Shown in pieces: positions 60,040 to 64,000 of a DNA stretch of 64,000 nt; position 1 is the first letter of the stretch; each line of letters opens with the position of its first letter. The notes under the pieces were generated by a model, which saw only the letters and a list, made by a program, of their open reading frames with translations, was not told where the DNA came from and made no database searches. Origin of the DNA: Chrysomallon squamiferum (Eukaryota > Animalia > Mollusca); NCBI GenBank assembly GCA_012295275.1, contig CM022673.1, positions 15,066,001 to 15,130,000 of the forward strand, given 5' to 3'. Position numbers and translations under genes: made by a program.

Positions 60040-60310
60040 ACATACGATATTCCAACATGCGTATTCCAACACATTCCTCTAAATTCATATTATCCACTTA
60101 AATAAAATAATCCAATATACGTTTTCAAACAAGTTCTTTGTTTTATTTCCCAGTTAAAAACGATATTATGATACACGTGTTCATACAAGTTCCTATCGTA
60201 TTCTGCATTTGAAAACAATATTTCGTTATACTTGTTCAAATATGCACCTTTGTTGATAATATTTCCCATTTAAATATGATATTCCGATATATATGTATAT
60301 CATGTTCCTT
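60040..60310. repeat. Degenerate ~55-60-bp tandem repeat, 4-5 copies
   Basis: Recurring gatattcc(a/g)atatac(g/t)tgttca(a/t)acaagttcct...tttccca(g/t)ttaaa blocks. Confidence 0.55.
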
Positions 60311-61171
60311 TACAATTGTTTTCTCATGTAACTATTAAAGATAAATACTAATACTAATACTAATACTAATACTAATAGTACTAATAATAATAAATTAAAA
60401 AATGTCTTTAACTAATAAGAAAGAAGCAAATATTTAGTTTTTAGAAAGACGTAAATGGATGGTTATTATGCTATTCGTAAAATAATAGAATCAGTATCAC
60501 TTAAAAATAAAACCAATAAACAAAATGCCATGCAATGACATAATGAGAATATGGTGTGTCTTATAAACACGTAGTCATCAAGACGTTCACAGAAAAATAA
60601 TTAACACGTTACGTGTTAATGTAAGTTATGACAACACGTAGGTAAAGCAATATACAACCAAACCTCAAACAGATGATACAGTTAGCTCGTGTAACAAATA
60701 AGTCATGTAGTAAAACATGGTGTCTCTTTTGAAATGTAATCAAGATTTACTTAATAAAGCCTAGAGGTGGTAAATTGAATTGTTATTTGACAATATTAAT
60801 TGATTATTATTAATATTATTATTTTCGAAACCCCCTGCAGAAGTAATGAATTTTAATTTATAAAAATATTTAGATAACTTTTCTCTTTTTTTTCCTTAAT
60901 ATTTATGGCATATATTTCTAAAATAAATAAATACAGGCTTATGAACACACACACATACACACATTCATTTTCTGGCATTTTTATCTTTCTTATATACTCG
61001 AAATATTAGAACATCTAACAAAGAAATGTTTATAGAAAAAAACTGATAGACTGACAGATGAGAACATTTAGATAACGATTTATTAACTAACGACGAAGAT
61101 ACCTTTTCTGATTTGTCAAAATTTCCACAAGTATACGTCAACACGTCAAAATTCAGAATAAAGTGATACGG

Positions 61172-61203
<32 letters not shown>

Positions 61204-61512
61204 TTTTTTTAATCAGAATTCAGTTAGCTCTTTATGAATATACTCTAATTATTTGTGTTGCAGTTTGATACGAAAGTTCAGCAATGTGTACACGCAACTT
61301 GTAAATGATGTACAATGTGGTTTGATATTGTTTTCAATGTTTCCAAATGCTGTTATCTTACAGACATGCTGATTACCGTGTCCGTTACAGTCTGCAGATA
61401 ATAAATTATTTTAGAATACAAACTTCTATATTTTTTTATATATGTTTGCTTGTATATATGTGTGTGTATGTGTGTGTGTGTGTGTGTTTGTGTGTGTCTG
61501 TGTTTGTGTATG

Positions 61513-61546
<34 letters not shown>

Positions 61547-62475
61547 TGTATGTATGTATAAACATATTTTTTTTATTTCTAAGGACAGATGGCCGGTATA
61601 TATTGATTACCATTACCGGGAACAATGATGATATCTCTCCTTGAGAGGTTAGCTGTAGATAGCAGTTTCTGCTAAGACTGGTTCTTTGAGGTTTGTCTTG
61701 TTTTGCTTGTTATCTGAGGTTTTGGCACCGACTGCATTGATTCAGCCATAGCTTTCTGACCAGGTCGTGCTTTAGGTTCACCTGAAATACATAAATATAT
61801 ATATATATATATACAAAAATATATCAGATTTTGTGTTTTAATACATTCAGAGCAGTGGTGGACGTTAGGTCTGAAAGATGAAAACACCGAATGCTCCGTA
61901 CACTCTCATTTGCTTCATTTCAAGTATTTCCTGAAGCGTTGTTGTCTTATATGTGCTGGATTCTTAGATTTCTTGTAATTAAAGTTTACAGTATGCTAAT
62001 TAATATTAGACGATCTTGTTAGCGTGCACGTTGACAGAATGGACACGCTATGTTTAAACATTACAAGAAAATTAATATATATCACGCGTGACGTGAACAT
62101 TACGTATGTCATGTTCGTATTGTAAACATCATTAGCATAAAATTACGTCATGTTGTCGATTTACATCAGTATCTAAAACATTACAAAATGAGGCTGTAAT
62201 AAATAAAAAACGGGAGAAAAAATCGGTTGTGTATAAAATCAATCAAAATAAATTAAATCGATTACCCGAAGGAAAAATCAATAAACACAAAAAATATGAA
62301 TACTAATAAAAAGAGAAAACCTCGGTTATAATATGTAAAATATAAAGGGGGAAATACTGTGCTGGTAATAACAACAACAACACAATAATAACAACAACAA
62401 CAACAACAATAATAATAATAAAATAAAGAGAAAAAGGTTGTTCTTAAAATATTATCTCTCTCATTTTCACGCGCG

Positions 62476-62517
<42 letters not shown>

Positions 62518-63840
62518 TCGAATTATAAAAAAAAAAAAAAAAAAAAAAAATAGGTTACCTGGAAAATAAAATAGATTCTATATAAAAAATAAATATATCC
62601 AGAGGTGAAAATTGATTACCTCGAAATATATTCTGCAAATATTTATTTAAAAAATCAATTAAAAAAATCTCTCTCTGTTGATTTCGGGTCTGTGACATAA
62701 TTTCGCCGAAGAACTCTCGGTTTGACGAGATTTCAAGCAGTTATCATCTGATAATTGATGTAATAATCACCTGTGTGTTATTTTTTTCCTTCTTTTTTCA
62801 CCGTTACTAGACAAAAGATTTGTTTTCATTATTATTGTTTCTGTTTATATAGATTAAGCTGCATGGTATATGTCACGTTGAAGTCTTTGGCGAAGATGGT
62901 GTAGTTATTGTCAATATCATCATATTCACCATCATTTATCATTATTATTATCTCTTATTGATGTTGATGATTATAATAATGATGGTGATGATGATGATAC
63001 TGATGAAAGTGACGATAATGAAGCTGATGTTAATAACAGAGATGGAAATGACGTAGGTGACGATAAACAGAAAGACGGAGATACATTTTCGAAAATAATA
63101 GAGAAAACTATCTGAGCCGACATTTTGTAACTAAACCGCGTGGGAGTCAAAACAGAGACTGTGATTTTCCCGTGAATGGTTCTTTTCTGTTTAATTCGGT
63201 ATTTCGTTCATCCTCGGCGCCTATTAACAAGGAAACCGCTGTCTATTGATCAACGATATTTGCGAAATGTCTACTTCATTGATCACATGTTAAATCGTTG
63301 TTCGTTCGCCTTATCGTCAAACTTTACGTTAAATATGTCGACCGATGTCAGTAAAATCATTCCGGTTCTTTTCGTCATCTTCTGATGTTTAACAGAACCC
63401 AGGAACTCTTTTTAATCTCCGCACAGAAATCACATCCACTCTCAGTGGATGGAGTAATGAATTTATTGTAAAGGTTAATCGGTTTCAAGATTTAGAAAAT
63501 CCTCGTCGGATGTGTTCGTTTGATTTATACACTATATCTAGTTTAGCTGTTTTGTATTTAATTATTATGTCTGTATTTGTAAGTGACCGTCTGTGTGCCA
63601 TTTTAACTTGTCCGTCAACAAAAATAGGTACAGCTTTCAAGCACACGGAATTCACATTATATAAATATGATGGCGAACTTTGGAATATATATGAATTTCT
63701 AAATTAGGATGAGAGAGAGAGAGAGAGAGAGCTTTTAATCTTACTGTTGTCTGTGTATATATGAATATGTATATGTATATGTATATGCATTATATGTGTG
63801 TGAATGAATAGATGTTCATATATATATATGTATATATATA

Positions 63841-63898
<58 letters not shown>

Positions 63899-64000
63899 GA
63901 CACAAGCACACACACACTTTTGATTTTGAAATTAAATAAATTTAGGTGAGATATAAATCAATGAAAACGTGCCTTTTCTGATTCTGTGATTACAAAACAC

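Noticed and set aside
59397-60620. Short palindromes (gattaattc-gat-gaattaatc; attaacacgt-t-acgtgttaat)
   Set aside because: AT-rich 9-10 bp arms are expected by chance in 64 kb of this composition.
63000-63700. Complex sequence with 65-69 aa ORFs
   Set aside because: No recognisable protein motif or consistent splice framing; may be UTR of a neighbouring gene but this cannot be supported.

Overview
AT-rich, intron-containing animal genomic DNA, not prokaryotic. It is probably a lophotrochozoan such as a mollusc; this is inferred from gene content and repeat style only. All recognisable genes are on the + strand: (1) the 3' part of an SDR oxidoreductase (RDH/WWOX/POR-like) with a long Glu/Lys-rich tail (1-4844); (2) three tandem 11-exon polypeptide GalNAc-transferase (GT27/GALNT) genes: a divergent copy A (16656-23963, with a 1-nt frame break in exon 1) and close paralogs B (25237-35097) and C (37508-45370), which show local gene-conversion tracts and active-site differences; (3) a two-coding-exon bursicon-beta-like cystine-knot hormone gene (56488-58157). 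The first ~10.5 kb appears CpG-poor and nearly free of microsatellites, while the rest is CpG-richer and saturated with microsatellites, minisatellites and small MITE-like elements. The most unusual structure is an intronic minisatellite in GALNT-B that is a ~20-fold tandem amplification of the exon 7/intron 7 splice-donor junction. A second, more degenerate junction-like minisatellite follows the bursicon exon. All exon models were derived by hand from GT/AG sites and protein motifs; no database searches were run.
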